From a virus, in IMG/VR virus record IMGVR_UViG_3300028840_004348: DNA of 64,000 bases; one strand, 5' to 3'. This document shows, one piece after another, positions 19,155 to 28,609 of the stretch. The position numbers were made by a program, and so were the translations under genes. The notes under the pieces were generated by a model. The model was not told the origin of the DNA, made no database searches, and was given only the letters and a program-made list of their open reading frames with translations. The first letter of the stretch is position 1. Each line of letters begins with the position of its first letter.

Positions 19155-21083
19155 CTATCTCCTCTGGAGGTAGACGACTATGCTCGGGTTGTTGATGGCG
19201 CTCCCGTTGCAGTACATCTGGAGTTCATCCCCGGCATTGACATCCACGCTCGCGGACGTGTAACCCTTGTCGACCGCGCTCAAAGACAGCGAAGCGATGA
19301 CCGTGGCCGTGTTGTTCTTGCGTACCTGCGCCACCCAGGTCTCGACGCCCGACGTGGCTGCTCCAATGCCGATGATCCTGGCATTGAAAGGCAGCACGAA
19401 ACCCGCCAGGTTCGTCGGAACCATCCCCGGCCCGTTGAGGTAGGCATTGGTGATACTGAATCGCCGCCCCGCTTGAAGAGCGAACGTCTCTCCAGCTGCG
19501 GCGTTCACCCAGGAGAGGATCCCGCTGCCGTTGGTCTGAAGGATCTCGCCCGCAGCCCCATCGACGTTCGGGAATCGGAAAGGATTCGGATTCGCCGTTC
19601 CGCACCAGAGGTAACGATCGACCGAAGCATCCCTGCCGAACCAACCGTCGCGTCCGACCCGGAGATCCTGCGACAGGCTGAAGTCTTGCGGAATGTCCGA
19701 ATACGCGAAGTAGTGTCTGCCAGTGCTGGCGGCATCGACACCATCCTTGGCCAGAACCGCATCGAAGTGGCTCCAGAGACTGTCCGAAGCCAGGTGATAG
19801 GTGTAATAGTTGTTGTCGAAGCCCTCGACGCGGACATCGTTTCCCTTCGAGAAGACCTCTTCTCCGCCGGCCTGGTTCAGATAGTAGCAGTAGGCGTCTC
19901 CGCGTAGCCCCTGGAGATTGATGTAGTTGTTCTGAAAGCGCTTCTCGCGTCCCTGCGAGAGCGCGTTGTAGAAGACCACCGTTCCGGCATAACCTGCGTG
20001 GTACTGCTCGACCTCGACCCGGCAGTCGCGCATCTCGATGGCGCAGACGCCGCTGGGATCGTCATCAATGATGACGACGCGGTCGTCGACATCGTTGTTC
20101 CGCATCCGCAGCTCGGAGTTGAACACGCGCAGGGAAGCCCCATCGTTGACGTAGAACATCCGCTGGACGTTGGCTCCGATGGGTGTCGAGCCCGTGTCGC
20201 ATAGGAAGGTGCAGTTGTCGAAGACGACGTTGCCCGACCGGAACTCCAGCGCGGTCCCGAAGCCGCCACCGAGATCGTACTGGAAGTGGCAGTTGAAGAA
20301 GCGCTGATCGTAGGCTCCGGCGCTGCTGGGAACGGTCATGATGGGATCGATACTGCCGGGATTGCCGCTTTTCCCGGAGATGAGCATGTTCTCGACGTAG
20401 AAATCGGAGAGAGGGGGGCACAGGAGCGCCCGCGCCGAGTCCTGGTGCAGCTCGACCGGCTGATGCTTGTCCCCGAGGCCCCGCAGATGGATCCAGTTCG
20501 TCATCGTCACGGTCTCGATGTAACGACCTGGACCGATCTGGATGACGTACTGCTTGTTTTGGGTCGCGTCTGTGATCGAGCTGACAGCCGCCTGGATGGT
20601 CAGCTTGGCGTCGTAGATGGAGCGACCTCCGTTGGCGTCGTTGCCATGCTTGGCCACGTAGACAGTCTGGATCTCCGTCCAGGGTAGCACTCCTCCGGGA
20701 GCCGGCGCGAACCCGAAGGTGGTCGGCGTGAGAGCGGTCAGGACGTGGGTCGGAGTCAGCCCGGACGCGAGATGCATCGGACCGACGAGATCATGAGGGA
20801 CAACGGTGCCGAGGATCTCCGACAGGTCCCGTCTCCGCAGCTCGCGGATCTGGTTCGGTGTCAAGACCGTCGTGTCGATGATGGCCTGGACCTTACCGCG
20901 TTCGACATAGCTGGCCAACGTGTCGAGATAGAGCTTGTCGAACTGGACCAAGCGGACCGCGATGGAAACCGTGGTCTGGGGAGCCACCACGGTACGCGGT
21001 CCATCTTCTCCTTCACCCTCGATGGAGACGTTCTCGCCCCGCAGAATGAGACTTCGGATTCGGAGCAGTGTGTCCAAGCTCAT
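19155..21083 (-). CDS. Tailspike/depolymerase-like protein with a right-handed beta-helix (pectate-lyase-like)
   Basis: 642 aa. N..F.NC.F repeats typical of beta-helix. C-terminus shares the module DGAAGEILQTNGSGILSW with the fibre genes. Confidence 0.5.
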   Translation of the reverse strand: MSLDTLLRIRSLILRGENVSIEGEGEDGPRTVVAPQTTVSIAVRLVQFDKLYLDTLASYVERGKVQAIIDTTVLTPNQIRELRRRDLSEILGTVVPHDLVGPMHLASGLTPTHVLTALTPTTFGFAPAPGGVLPWTEIQTVYVAKHGNDANGGRSIYDAKLTIQAAVSSITDATQNKQYVIQIGPGRYIETVTMTNWIHLRGLGDKHQPVELHQDSARALLCPPLSDFYVENMLISGKSGNPGSIDPIMTVPSSAGAYDQRFFNCHFQYDLGGGFGTALEFRSGNVVFDNCTFLCDTGSTPIGANVQRMFYVNDGASLRVFNSELRMRNNDVDDRVVIIDDDPSGVCAIEMRDCRVEVEQYHAGYAGTVVFYNALSQGREKRFQNNYINLQGLRGDAYCYYLNQAGGEEVFSKGNDVRVEGFDNNYYTYHLASDSLWSHFDAVLAKDGVDAASTGRHYFAYSDIPQDFSLSQDLRVGRDGWFGRDASVDRYLWCGTANPNPFRFPNVDGAAGEILQTNGSGILSWVNAAAGETFALQAGRRFSITNAYLNGPGMVPTNLAGFVLPFNARIIGIGAATSGVETWVAQVRKNNTATVIASLSLSAVDKGYTSASVDVNAGDELQMYCNGSAINNPSIVVYLQRR

Positions 21084-21089
21084 CTCGGC

Positions 21090-21383
21090 CTACCTGTCGC
21101 CCTCCAGCACACGATGGGCCATCTGGGCGTCTCGCAAGTTCCGGGAGGTGTTGTCTTCCGGTTCGGCCACGACGGGCTCCATGACCTCCCACTCGCTGTT
21201 CCACGGCTCTCCGGGAAGATCGGGGGCGATGTCGTCGCTCGAAGAGCTTTCCTCGACGAGGTCCTCGACCTCGACGGGCTCGCCCGACATCTCCATCTCG
21301 ATCTCGACCTCGAACCCGGCTGTCTCGCGAGCCTTGCGCCGCAGCTCCTGGAGACTGGCGCTCGTCAGACCGGATTTTTTCAT
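21090..21383 (-). CDS. Hypothetical acidic protein
   Basis: 97-aa ORF. Confidence 0.4.
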   Translation of the reverse strand: MKKSGLTSASLQELRRKARETAGFEVEIEMEMSGEPVEVEDLVEESSSSDDIAPDLPGEPWNSEWEVMEPVVAEPEDNTSRNLRDAQMAHRVLEGDR

Positions 21384-21444
21384 GAGTATCCTCCTCGATG
21401 AAGGATACTATAGCACTCGACTGTTCGGATTCTTAAAGAGAGTC

Positions 21445-21762
21445 CTATTCGACTCGGAAAGTCGAACGAGCGAACTCGGGGACGAAGGAGATCTGCGCGA
21501 TGACGGCCCTGGTCTTCGGATAGTAGACGACGCTCACCTCGATGCCGCCCGTCGAGGCGTCGATGGCGGTCCCCTCCTCGTATGGTTTCAGCGAATTGAT
21601 GAGACTCATCACCGTGACATAGATGTCCTTCTCGGTGGGGACCTCTCCTCGATCCCAACCCCATCGCATCACGCGATAGAACGGAGCCACGCGCTCCGCG
21701 AAGTCGTTGGCCTTCAGCTCCAGCTGGGTCTTGGCCTGGTCCAGGATCTCTTGTGTGAGCAT
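21445..21762 (-). CDS. Hypothetical protein
   Basis: 105-aa ORF with AAGGAGGG RBS and upstream motif. Confidence 0.45.
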   Translation of the reverse strand: MLTQEILDQAKTQLELKANDFAERVAPFYRVMRWGWDRGEVPTEKDIYVTVMSLINSLKPYEEGTAIDASTGGIEVSVVYYPKTRAVIAQISFVPEFARSTFRVE

Positions 21763-21821
21763 TTTGCCCTCCTTGATTCTGTCTATATATCAAGAAGGGT
21801 GGGTTCTGTCAATATAGAAAG

Positions 21822-22310
21822 CTAGTAGCCGGCGTAGTCGAGGACCTCTTCCCAGAAGTCGTTCAGCCCACGTTCCGAGCGGAAGGTCTCGATATCGACG
21901 ATGTCGACAGAGCGTCGGGCCGTGACCCGCAGAACAGCTCCGTCCTCGGGGTAGAGCAGGAAGCTCTCACGTCCGACTTTGACCTCGTCGGCAGGGTCCT
22001 CGTAGTAGAGCTGCTGCGCCAGCCGATAGGCCCAATCGTCCTCGATGTCTTCGAAATCGACATCGACGCCACCCTGTCGCATCGGAGGCATCGGACGACC
22101 CGGCAACGGAGTCGCTCCCGGCGGCAGGTTGCCGGAGGGCTGCGCGTTGGGGTTGTACGGTCCAAGCATGTGGGCATTCGCGCGAGCGTACTCGGAGGTG
22201 TTGGCTTCGATCCTCAGCAGGGAATCGTCCACGAGACCGAGATACGCCTCCTCGGGCTTGCCTTCGCAGAACCAACGGCCTTGATGCGTTCCGATATCGT
22301 CTCGCGGCAT
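21822..22310 (-). CDS. Hypothetical protein
   Basis: 162-aa ORF. Confidence 0.45.
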   Translation of the reverse strand: MPRDDIGTHQGRWFCEGKPEEAYLGLVDDSLLRIEANTSEYARANAHMLGPYNPNAQPSGNLPPGATPLPGRPMPPMRQGGVDVDFEDIEDDWAYRLAQQLYYEDPADEVKVGRESFLLYPEDGAVLRVTARRSVDIVDIETFRSERGLNDFWEEVLDYAGY

Positions 22311-22313
22311 GAT

Positions 22314-22712
22314 CTACTCCGCCATGATGTTCTCGGCGATCTCGTTCCAGTCCACCTCGGAGAGAGCGGCGTTCAGCAGATCGCTGAAGACCCCTTGGTC
22401 CTGCAACCCCATCTCGGAGGCCATCTCGTCGTGATAGTCCTTGAGCCGCTCCGCGAGTTCGTAGCGGACCAGATCATCGTCCGTGACGCTCTCCGGGGTG
22501 AACTCGCTGCGGAGCCCTTGATCCTGGGATTCCTCCCGCAGCTCCGCCAGAGTCTCTCGCCAGTACTCGTAGGAGCCCTGGTCGTTGTCGAGCCAGAGCG
22601 CTACCGCCCAGGTCTCGTAGTTCTTCCAGCCCTGGTAGCCTTCTTCCTGCGCCTTGACCTGCTTGGCGACCCGCTTCAGGCCCTCGTCCGCGATTCCACG
22701 TTCCATCGGCAT
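22314..22712 (-). CDS. Hypothetical protein
   Basis: 132-aa ORF with GGAGG RBS. Confidence 0.45.
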   Translation of the reverse strand: MPMERGIADEGLKRVAKQVKAQEEGYQGWKNYETWAVALWLDNDQGSYEYWRETLAELREESQDQGLRSEFTPESVTDDDLVRYELAERLKDYHDEMASEMGLQDQGVFSDLLNAALSEVDWNEIAENIMAE

Positions 22713-22761
22713 TGTTCGTACCTCCGTAGAGATTAATCTATCATAACCACTGTCGGAAATC

Positions 22762-23181
22762 TTAATTCGTGGCGCACTCCCCGAAGCAGCGCTCGCAGAG
22801 CAAAATGTTGGGCTCGTCGGAAACCTCGACGGCTCCGCATCTCGGGCAGATGATGACCGGATCGATCATGGCGCGTAGGTTGGTGATCACACGACCCCGT
22901 ACCTTGGACGCGGCCAGTACTTTTCGATGCAGCTCCGTCATCGCTTCCAGGGCTTGCGAGAAATAGCTCTCCGTCTTGTCCGACCCCTCCTGGATGTACC
23001 GGAAGGTCTCGACCGTCCGCGAGGCTGTACGGGCCGTCTGGAGCGCCTCGTGGGCCGTCTGCTCCATCGCGGAGAGACGCCGTCGAGCATCTTCCAGATC
23101 GATCTCCAACTGGGCCGAGTGCTTCTCCTCTTCCTTCAGCCTCTTGACGAGCTGATCCTTGGTCAGGCGGTTCAAGCTCAT
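22762..23181 (-). CDS. Coiled-coil protein with a C-terminal zinc ribbon
   Basis: C-terminal motifs CPRCG...CERCFGEC. Confidence 0.45.
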   Translation of the reverse strand: MSLNRLTKDQLVKRLKEEEKHSAQLEIDLEDARRRLSAMEQTAHEALQTARTASRTVETFRYIQEGSDKTESYFSQALEAMTELHRKVLAASKVRGRVITNLRAMIDPVIICPRCGAVEVSDEPNILLCERCFGECATN

Positions 23182-23215
23182 GCCACACCTCCTACCTTGA
23201 AGATACAGGATTGGA

Positions 23216-23569
23216 TCAGTACAAGGTGACCGGATACGGATAGCTCTTGAAGTAGTCCTCCAACGAGCTTGGATCGTAGTCGGTCATGTAGCCGGTTTCG
23301 GCTGGAGTTGGTTCGGTGGGCGCGGTCTCGGGCGTCGTGATGTAGTCCTCCAGCATGTCGATCTCGGACTTGAGGGCGTCGAGTTCCTGCTGGGTGAGGA
23401 TGTTGGTCTCGTTGAAGTAGTCGATCCACTGCCTGAGCGTGTCGATATCGCGCTGCATCTGGGCCATGTCGACCTCGGGAGCCGGCGGCTGCGACGGAAC
23501 CGGACGAAGTGCCGGCGCGGCCTGCGCGATGCGCTTGAATCCTGCGGCGTCGATTCGTGGCAACCTCAT
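23216..23569 (-). CDS. Hypothetical protein
   Basis: 117-aa ORF. Confidence 0.45.
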   Translation of the reverse strand: MRLPRIDAAGFKRIAQAAPALRPVPSQPPAPEVDMAQMQRDIDTLRQWIDYFNETNILTQQELDALKSEIDMLEDYITTPETAPTEPTPAETGYMTDYDPSSLEDYFKSYPYPVTLY

Positions 23570-23602
23570 GCTGCATAATGTATCACGGCTCCTGTCGGAA
23601 AT

Positions 23603-24505
23603 CTAAACTATCGAAGTGCCTCGGACAACGTCTCGTAACTTGTTGATCTTCTTCGTCAGCTCGTTGCGGCGCTCCTGCTCGGCCTCGATCGTCTTGCGAA
23701 CTTCCTCCAGCTCGGCTTCGAGCTTGGCCAGTTTGTGTTGCAGAATCTCGGTCAGCTCCTCCTCGTCCTCCATCAGAAACTCGACGACAGGGTTGAGGCC
23801 GGTGGATCTTGGGCCGGTGGGAGGGGGAGGCGGCGCGGGATGAGGGTCGCGTTTGCCGCCCATTCCCGCAGTCAGCTGCATCTCCTGGATGCGCGTTTGC
23901 AGCACCTTTTCGACATAGGGCGTCAGACGGTGTATGCCAATGTAGTTGGCGACATTATCCAGGGAATCGAAGCCCTCGACAATCTCCTTGAACTCCTCGT
24001 CGGGGACGCTGCCGATGCGATGTCGCACTACTGACTGAAGGTCCGAGTAGTCGAGTCCCAACTCGATGAGACGGTCTCGGAGCACGATGGAGTTCTTGCC
24101 GCCGAACTTCTCCTGGCCGATGGACTTGAAGACCTGCCGTAGCGAGGTTGCGCCCTTGAGATGCTTTCTCAGCTCCTCGACCGGAAAAGCCATGATCTTC
24201 TCATCGATGGAGCCATCCAGGTTTTTCATCGAGGTTTTCTCCTTCTCTTTGACCAGTTCGGAAATGGGGACCGAGAGACGCGTGGCGCGGTGACGCCTTG
24301 GTGGGGCGGGTTCTTTCTTGAGGTAGGGCAGTTTTAGCCCCAACGATTTTGCTCGTTTTCGGAACTTGCGGACGTTTCCGCTGATGGTGGGGACATCCAT
24401 CCGCGCCAGCGCCATCTCGATGTCGGATGAACTTTTTGCAGCCTCGCAGAAGACCTTGTCCGAGACATCGTTGATGCCCCGTTTTTTCCTTGGATTTTGC
24501 GTCAT
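23603..24505 (-). CDS. Hypothetical protein with a C-terminal coiled coil
   Basis: 300-aa ORF. Confidence 0.45.
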   Translation of the reverse strand: MTQNPRKKRGINDVSDKVFCEAAKSSSDIEMALARMDVPTISGNVRKFRKRAKSLGLKLPYLKKEPAPPRRHRATRLSVPISELVKEKEKTSMKNLDGSIDEKIMAFPVEELRKHLKGATSLRQVFKSIGQEKFGGKNSIVLRDRLIELGLDYSDLQSVVRHRIGSVPDEEFKEIVEGFDSLDNVANYIGIHRLTPYVEKVLQTRIQEMQLTAGMGGKRDPHPAPPPPPTGPRSTGLNPVVEFLMEDEEELTEILQHKLAKLEAELEEVRKTIEAEQERRNELTKKINKLRDVVRGTSIV

Positions 24506-25185
24506 GTAGCCCTCATGAGTTCCTGGTAATCGAAGCCGTCCACGTCCTGGATGAAGATGGTGCTCGACGAGAAGCCCTGGACCACGTTGTCCAGCAGGAA
24601 AACGTGCGATGGGATGCTGATCGTCCCGTGAACGAAGTCGATGCCCCTTGTCGTCGGCTTCCAGAGACCGCTGGTGCGCTTCTTGCCGGTCTCATCCACG
24701 CCGGTCATGGCCAACTTCCAGCAGGTGATGTAGCTGTAGTCGCGACCTCGGAACTTGCACTTCTGGTACGAGACCCAGTCGTGCGTCTCCTCGTAGAGCT
24801 TCACCAATGAGGTCAAGAACATCGCCATGTTGGCGTTGAGCTTGCGCTTGTAGAGCTTCACATACTGGCCGCAGCAGGGACACTCGATTCCCTTCTCGCG
24901 CCTGTGCTCAACCAGCTCCTTCGCCGCTGCGAGGCTCATTCCTTTCGCGTAGCCCTCGTAGGTGAAGCGCGGCCCCCATTCCTCTACGTATTTGGGATCG
25001 GTCGGGATGGTGAAGCCCTCCAGAGTCGAAATCAGCGTGACATTGCCGCCGACGAACTGGAGGAGGGCCGGCACGACGACCTGCATGTTCTTGAGCTTGA
25101 CCCAGCGGTACTGCTTGTCGGTTCGCTTGGTGCCATGATCGGTTCGGATAACAGGGGCCTCCAAGGACCAGTCCACGCTCTCCAT
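24502..25185 (-). CDS. Hypothetical protein with a CPCCG zinc motif
   Basis: 227-aa ORF downstream of a TTGACA-17-TATAAG promoter. Confidence 0.45.
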   Translation of the reverse strand: MESVDWSLEAPVIRTDHGTKRTDKQYRWVKLKNMQVVVPALLQFVGGNVTLISTLEGFTIPTDPKYVEEWGPRFTYEGYAKGMSLAAAKELVEHRREKGIECPCCGQYVKLYKRKLNANMAMFLTSLVKLYEETHDWVSYQKCKFRGRDYSYITCWKLAMTGVDETGKKRTSGLWKPTTRGIDFVHGTISIPSHVFLLDNVVQGFSSSTIFIQDVDGFDYQELMRAT

Positions 25186-25222
25186 TTAGAACCTCCACAT
25201 ATAGGATCGCATACGCCCCCTC

Positions 25223-25251
25223 CTTATATCGGAAGAGACGTATGCTGTCAA
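25223..25251 (-). promoter_or_regulatory. Sigma70-type promoter TTGACA-17nt-TATAAG
   Basis: Consensus -35 with a 17-nt spacer, about 35 nt upstream of the ATG at 25185. Confidence 0.5.
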
Positions 25252-25266
25252 GTAGATTAAGCTAGG

Positions 25267-25623
25267 TTAGAATAAGGGTGGGCTCTTAGTATGAACGTGA
25301 AAGCCCTCCATGTCGTCCAGATACTGCTGGCTGTACTCGCCGCAGTAGCAGGACCGGCAGAGAACGACCTTCAGGTTCTTGCCGCTCTTACGGACCCGGA
25401 TGATGGAACCGGGCTCACCGCAGACAGAGCACTCCGGGGCCTCCAGCCAGTGCTCCAGGCACAGGACGCCCTCGGGAGTCTGCCGACAGTCGCGCTCGAT
25501 GCAGCCTTCGATCAGGCAGGGAGCGGGATAGACCGGTTCCTCGAAACGAACCATCCACTCGACGGTCCGCTCGACATCCTCCGGCAGCCGCAGCGCTGCC
25601 TGCTGGTGTCGCATCCGAGGCAT
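25267..25623 (-). CDS. Cys-rich zinc-binding protein
   Basis: 118 aa with multiple CxxC pairs. Confidence 0.4.
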   Translation of the reverse strand: MPRMRHQQAALRLPEDVERTVEWMVRFEEPVYPAPCLIEGCIERDCRQTPEGVLCLEHWLEAPECSVCGEPGSIIRVRKSGKNLKVVLCRSCYCGEYSQQYLDDMEGFHVHTKSPPLF

Positions 25624-25758
25624 GTTTCGAAACCCATTGACTTCATGTTACCCAACGAGCTATTTTGTAGCTTCAGTGCCAGCGAGATGGCTTCAAAATC
25701 TCGACTCCCGTACACATTCTCATCAGATACTCATAGTGTCCGAAAGTTCCGAAACGGA

Positions 25759-26316
25759 CTACTTTTTCTTCATGATCTCGTCAAGCTTGTCGGGCAGGAG
25801 AGGACGCTGCTGCACCGGAGGCGGCTCAGGAGCGGCCAGGAGCTGTTCCAAGGGGCTGGGAACAGATTTGGGCATCTTGGGCTCGGGGAGCATCTCCGAG
25901 ACGTCCTCGGCGGCTCCCTCACCGTAGAAGTCATCGGCGTCACCGTCCCCATCTCCATCGGCAGCCGCCGGAAGTCCGAACAGCTCTTCCGGCGACATCA
26001 GCTCTCCCGATCCACTTCCGAAGCCACCACCCATCATGGGATAGCCCATGCCACCACCCCATTGGTTCCCGACATACATGAGCAGCAACGACTTCCGGAG
26101 GTTCTGTATCTCCCCGTAAAGCCGGGTTTCGCTCTGCTTCAAGGAATCGATTTCGGCCTGGAGGACCTCGTAGCTGGTTTCGGCCTTCTCCCCGCCATTG
26201 TCCAGCCATGCGACGAATCCCGGCGTTGAGAGGACGGCGACGATGATCGTAGCCACGGAACCGACAGTAAAGTGTTTTCCAGTAACTTTTCCAGGCGGTT
26301 GCGACTCGGAGTTCAT
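25759..26316 (-). CDS. Membrane-anchored protein with a Gly/Met-rich and acidic tail
   Basis: Internal start MNSESQ. TM segment VATIIVAVLSTPGFVAWL. Confidence 0.4.
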   Translation of the reverse strand: MNSESQPPGKVTGKHFTVGSVATIIVAVLSTPGFVAWLDNGGEKAETSYEVLQAEIDSLKQSETRLYGEIQNLRKSLLLMYVGNQWGGGMGYPMMGGGFGSGSGELMSPEELFGLPAAADGDGDGDADDFYGEGAAEDVSEMLPEPKMPKSVPSPLEQLLAAPEPPPVQQRPLLPDKLDEIMKKK

Positions 26317-26612
26317 CGTTCGATCTCCTCTTCCGGCTCTTCTGGAAACAGCTCGGCCCCGCAATCATGACAGGTCTCCGGGGGCGGTTGCTGCACCGTA
26401 AAACCGGTCTCCGGATCTTCGGCATACTGCTCGTAGGGGTTGAAAGCTCCGCATTCGGGACAGACGGGAGCACCGAGCCCGAAGTCTTTGAGAACGGTGC
26501 GTCGAAACTGACCTCCAGGACCACGCTTCTGAACCAGCTTGGAAGGGCGCTTGTAGTCCTTCTGCGCGATGCGATGGAGACCTGCGTCGGTAAGAGTCGG
26601 ATACCTCTTCAT
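26313..26612 (-). CDS. Zinc-ribbon protein
   Basis: Motifs CPECG...CHDCG. Confidence 0.4.
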   Translation of the reverse strand: MKRYPTLTDAGLHRIAQKDYKRPSKLVQKRGPGGQFRRTVLKDFGLGAPVCPECGAFNPYEQYAEDPETGFTVQQPPPETCHDCGAELFPEEPEEEIER

Positions 26613-26613
26613 C

Positions 26614-26949
26614 TCACCTCCGCCAGTGCGCCCGCTTCTCGGCCTCCGCTTCCATCTCGTCCAGGTAGGTGTAGTAGTCGTCGAACTCGGTCAGATGGTC
26701 GAGGGCGATCTCCAGGGCGACGTAAGGGTCGTCAGTATGCTCCATCTCGACTTCGACGCCCATCTTGAGTTGTTCGAGATCGAAGTCGGCAGGTCTGGCC
26801 CGGTCGCCGTAACCGCCCTCCAGCTCGTCCTCGAACTTGTCCATGTCGATGCCGAACTCCTCTTTCAGCATCTTCCGGCATGGACAGCCTTCTTCGGCCA
26901 TCTGGGAGAGCCGGCGACGATGCTCGGATGTGAGTCCTGGACGGCTCAT
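26614..26949 (-). CDS. Hypothetical acidic protein
   Basis: 111-aa ORF. Confidence 0.4.
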   Translation of the reverse strand: MSRPGLTSEHRRRLSQMAEEGCPCRKMLKEEFGIDMDKFEDELEGGYGDRARPADFDLEQLKMGVEVEMEHTDDPYVALEIALDHLTEFDDYYTYLDEMEAEAEKRAHWRR

Positions 26950-27218
26950 TTCTCGCGCTCCTTGCGTTTCGCCCGCGCCGGCCCTCGGTAGCCGGGGAAC
27001 AGGCCGACATCGTCGGCGAAGCGCTGAAGGACCAGCTGGGTCACGGTCGGCGACTCGCCCCGCAGCTCGGCACCGATCCTCTGGATGATCTCCTCGGCGC
27101 GGGCTTCCTCTTCCGCGCCAACATCCGGCTGCGTCGGAATTTCGACGTCCATGCCGATTTCTTGAGCGATACGAGACATCGCTCGGTCCGACAGGTTGTG
27201 GTGCTCCTTGAACTCCAT
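26946..27218 (-). CDS. Hypothetical protein
   Basis: 90-aa ORF. Upstream has GTGATACATTAACC plus GGAGG. Confidence 0.4.
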   Translation of the reverse strand: MEFKEHHNLSDRAMSRIAQEIGMDVEIPTQPDVGAEEEARAEEIIQRIGAELRGESPTVTQLVLQRFADDVGLFPGYRGPARAKRKEREK

Positions 27219-27377
27219 GACTACCTCCAGCGGTTAATGTATCACGAGTTCAGGTGGGATTTCTAAAATCCAACTTCTTGTTCTTGCGGTGCTGGACCCA
27301 CTTGCAGACGGCGTAGCCCAGGCCGAACCCGCAGACGAGGAAGGCCAGGTGGGTGACGGCGAACAGGATGAGCCAGA

Positions 27378-28127
27378 TCATGCCAGGAGATCCCCGACGT
27401 AGTCGACCTCCTTGTCCCATGCGCAGAGGACGTAGTAGAAGTCGCCGAACGGGCTCTTGGCGAGCAGGATGGGGTCTCCCTTGGGAGTTTTTTCAAACAA
27501 ATCCGGATGGGCGATGATGGAGAGCTTGACCTCGGGCTGTATGTCCAGGGCATCGGCGGTCACGCGTTCGAAGATCTCCTTGAACCTCTTGATCTCTTCG
27601 AGAACCTCCTCTGGGAAATCTGCCAGGAACCGGCTCGTCGATTGGTGATCGAGCTTGTACTTCTTGCAGAGCGTGTCGATTCGTTCCTTGGTCGTAGTCT
27701 TCCAAGGGATGAGATGCTTGACCTTCGGATAGAGCTTCCGTGCCCGCAAGACCTCGATGGCATGCGCCAAGTCTACGGGAAGGCCGCTTCGGAGGGTTTC
27801 GGAGTAGAGGAGTGCTTTTTCCTCCAGGATACGAAGCTTTACGTCCAGATCTTCGACATTCACCTCGACGTTGGCCTCGACTTGGTGGATGATTTCGATG
27901 GGAAGCACTTTCGCACGGTCGTCCTCTAACTCACCAGCCGGCTCACCGGTCGTGAGCATCACGCTGTTGACGTTCGAAACCGCTTCGAACATCATCTCTC
28001 CTTCTTCTGCTCTCCTGAGTCGGGTGCGCCTTCCCATGACGGCAGCCGACAAGAAATGTGGACGCTTCGGATCCAGCGACTTCTTGAGCCTGCGTCGACG
28101 AAACCAATCCTTGATTCGTTGAAACAT
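27378..28127 (-). CDS. Hypothetical protein
   Basis: 249-aa ORF. Confidence 0.45.
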   Translation of the reverse strand: MFQRIKDWFRRRRLKKSLDPKRPHFLSAAVMGRRTRLRRAEEGEMMFEAVSNVNSVMLTTGEPAGELEDDRAKVLPIEIIHQVEANVEVNVEDLDVKLRILEEKALLYSETLRSGLPVDLAHAIEVLRARKLYPKVKHLIPWKTTTKERIDTLCKKYKLDHQSTSRFLADFPEEVLEEIKRFKEIFERVTADALDIQPEVKLSIIAHPDLFEKTPKGDPILLAKSPFGDFYYVLCAWDKEVDYVGDLLA

Positions 28128-28138
28128 CGTGCACCTCC

Positions 28139-28213
28139 TGGTGACCCCAGCCGGAATCGAACCGGCGTTCCCAGATCGAAAGTCTGGTAGCCTAACCGCT
28201 AGCTGATGGGGCC
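28139..28213 (-). tRNA. tRNA-Glu (anticodon TTC), CCA encoded
   Basis: Manual cloverleaf: acceptor GGCCCCA/TGGGGTC, D-arm AGCT-AGCGGTTA-GGCT, anticodon stem CCAGA/TCTGG with loop CTTTCGA, T-arm GCCGG-TTCGATT-CCGGC, discriminator A plus CCA. Confidence 0.75.
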
Positions 28214-28609
28214 AGCTTCTCCTTTCAAGATGTCCTCGACTTCGCAGATGACGATCATCGCTGCGCCCATCCTGGTATCGGCGCGACTCTTGATACGCTC
28301 TTCCAGGTTAGGAGGAAAGCCTTCCACGAGGGCTTCCAACTGCTCGATGATCTCGTGGTAGTTCTTGGACGAAAAACCATACTCGTCCTTCGCCTGCTGG
28401 CTCAGCATGAGGCTCCGCGACTTGTAGTCGAGCCGGCGCAGCCACCCCTTCCTGGTGAGCGCTTTGAGATGGTCGATGACTCCATTCGTGGACCGGATGT
28501 CGAAGGCTGCACCGATTTCCCGAATGGTGGGGGCCATCTCCTTCTCTCGCATGAACTCCACGATGAAGTCCATGATCGACTTCTGCCTGTTCGTCAGCCC
28601 GATCATCAC
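28199..28609 (-). CDS. LexA-like N-terminal DNA-binding domain protein (winged HTH only; no S24 peptidase domain)
   Basis: [53 protein letters not shown] aligns closely with E. coli LexA residues about 4-60 (…HLKALARKG…). The C-terminus lacks the Ser/Lys peptidase motifs. Confidence 0.6.
   Translation of the reverse strand: MMIGLTNRQKSIMDFIVEFMREKEMAPTIREIGAAFDIRSTNGVIDHLKALTRKGWLRRLDYKSRSLMLSQQAKDEYGFSSKNYHEIIEQLEALVEGFPPNLEERIKSRADTRMGAAMIVICEVEDILKGEAGPIS

Noticed and set aside
25624-25758. Perfect 10-bp palindrome GTTTCGAAAC at the start codon of 25267..25623, with TCCGAAA direct repeats downstream
   Set aside because: It could be an operator. However, it is a single site with no recurrence elsewhere in the window, so it is treated as low-information.
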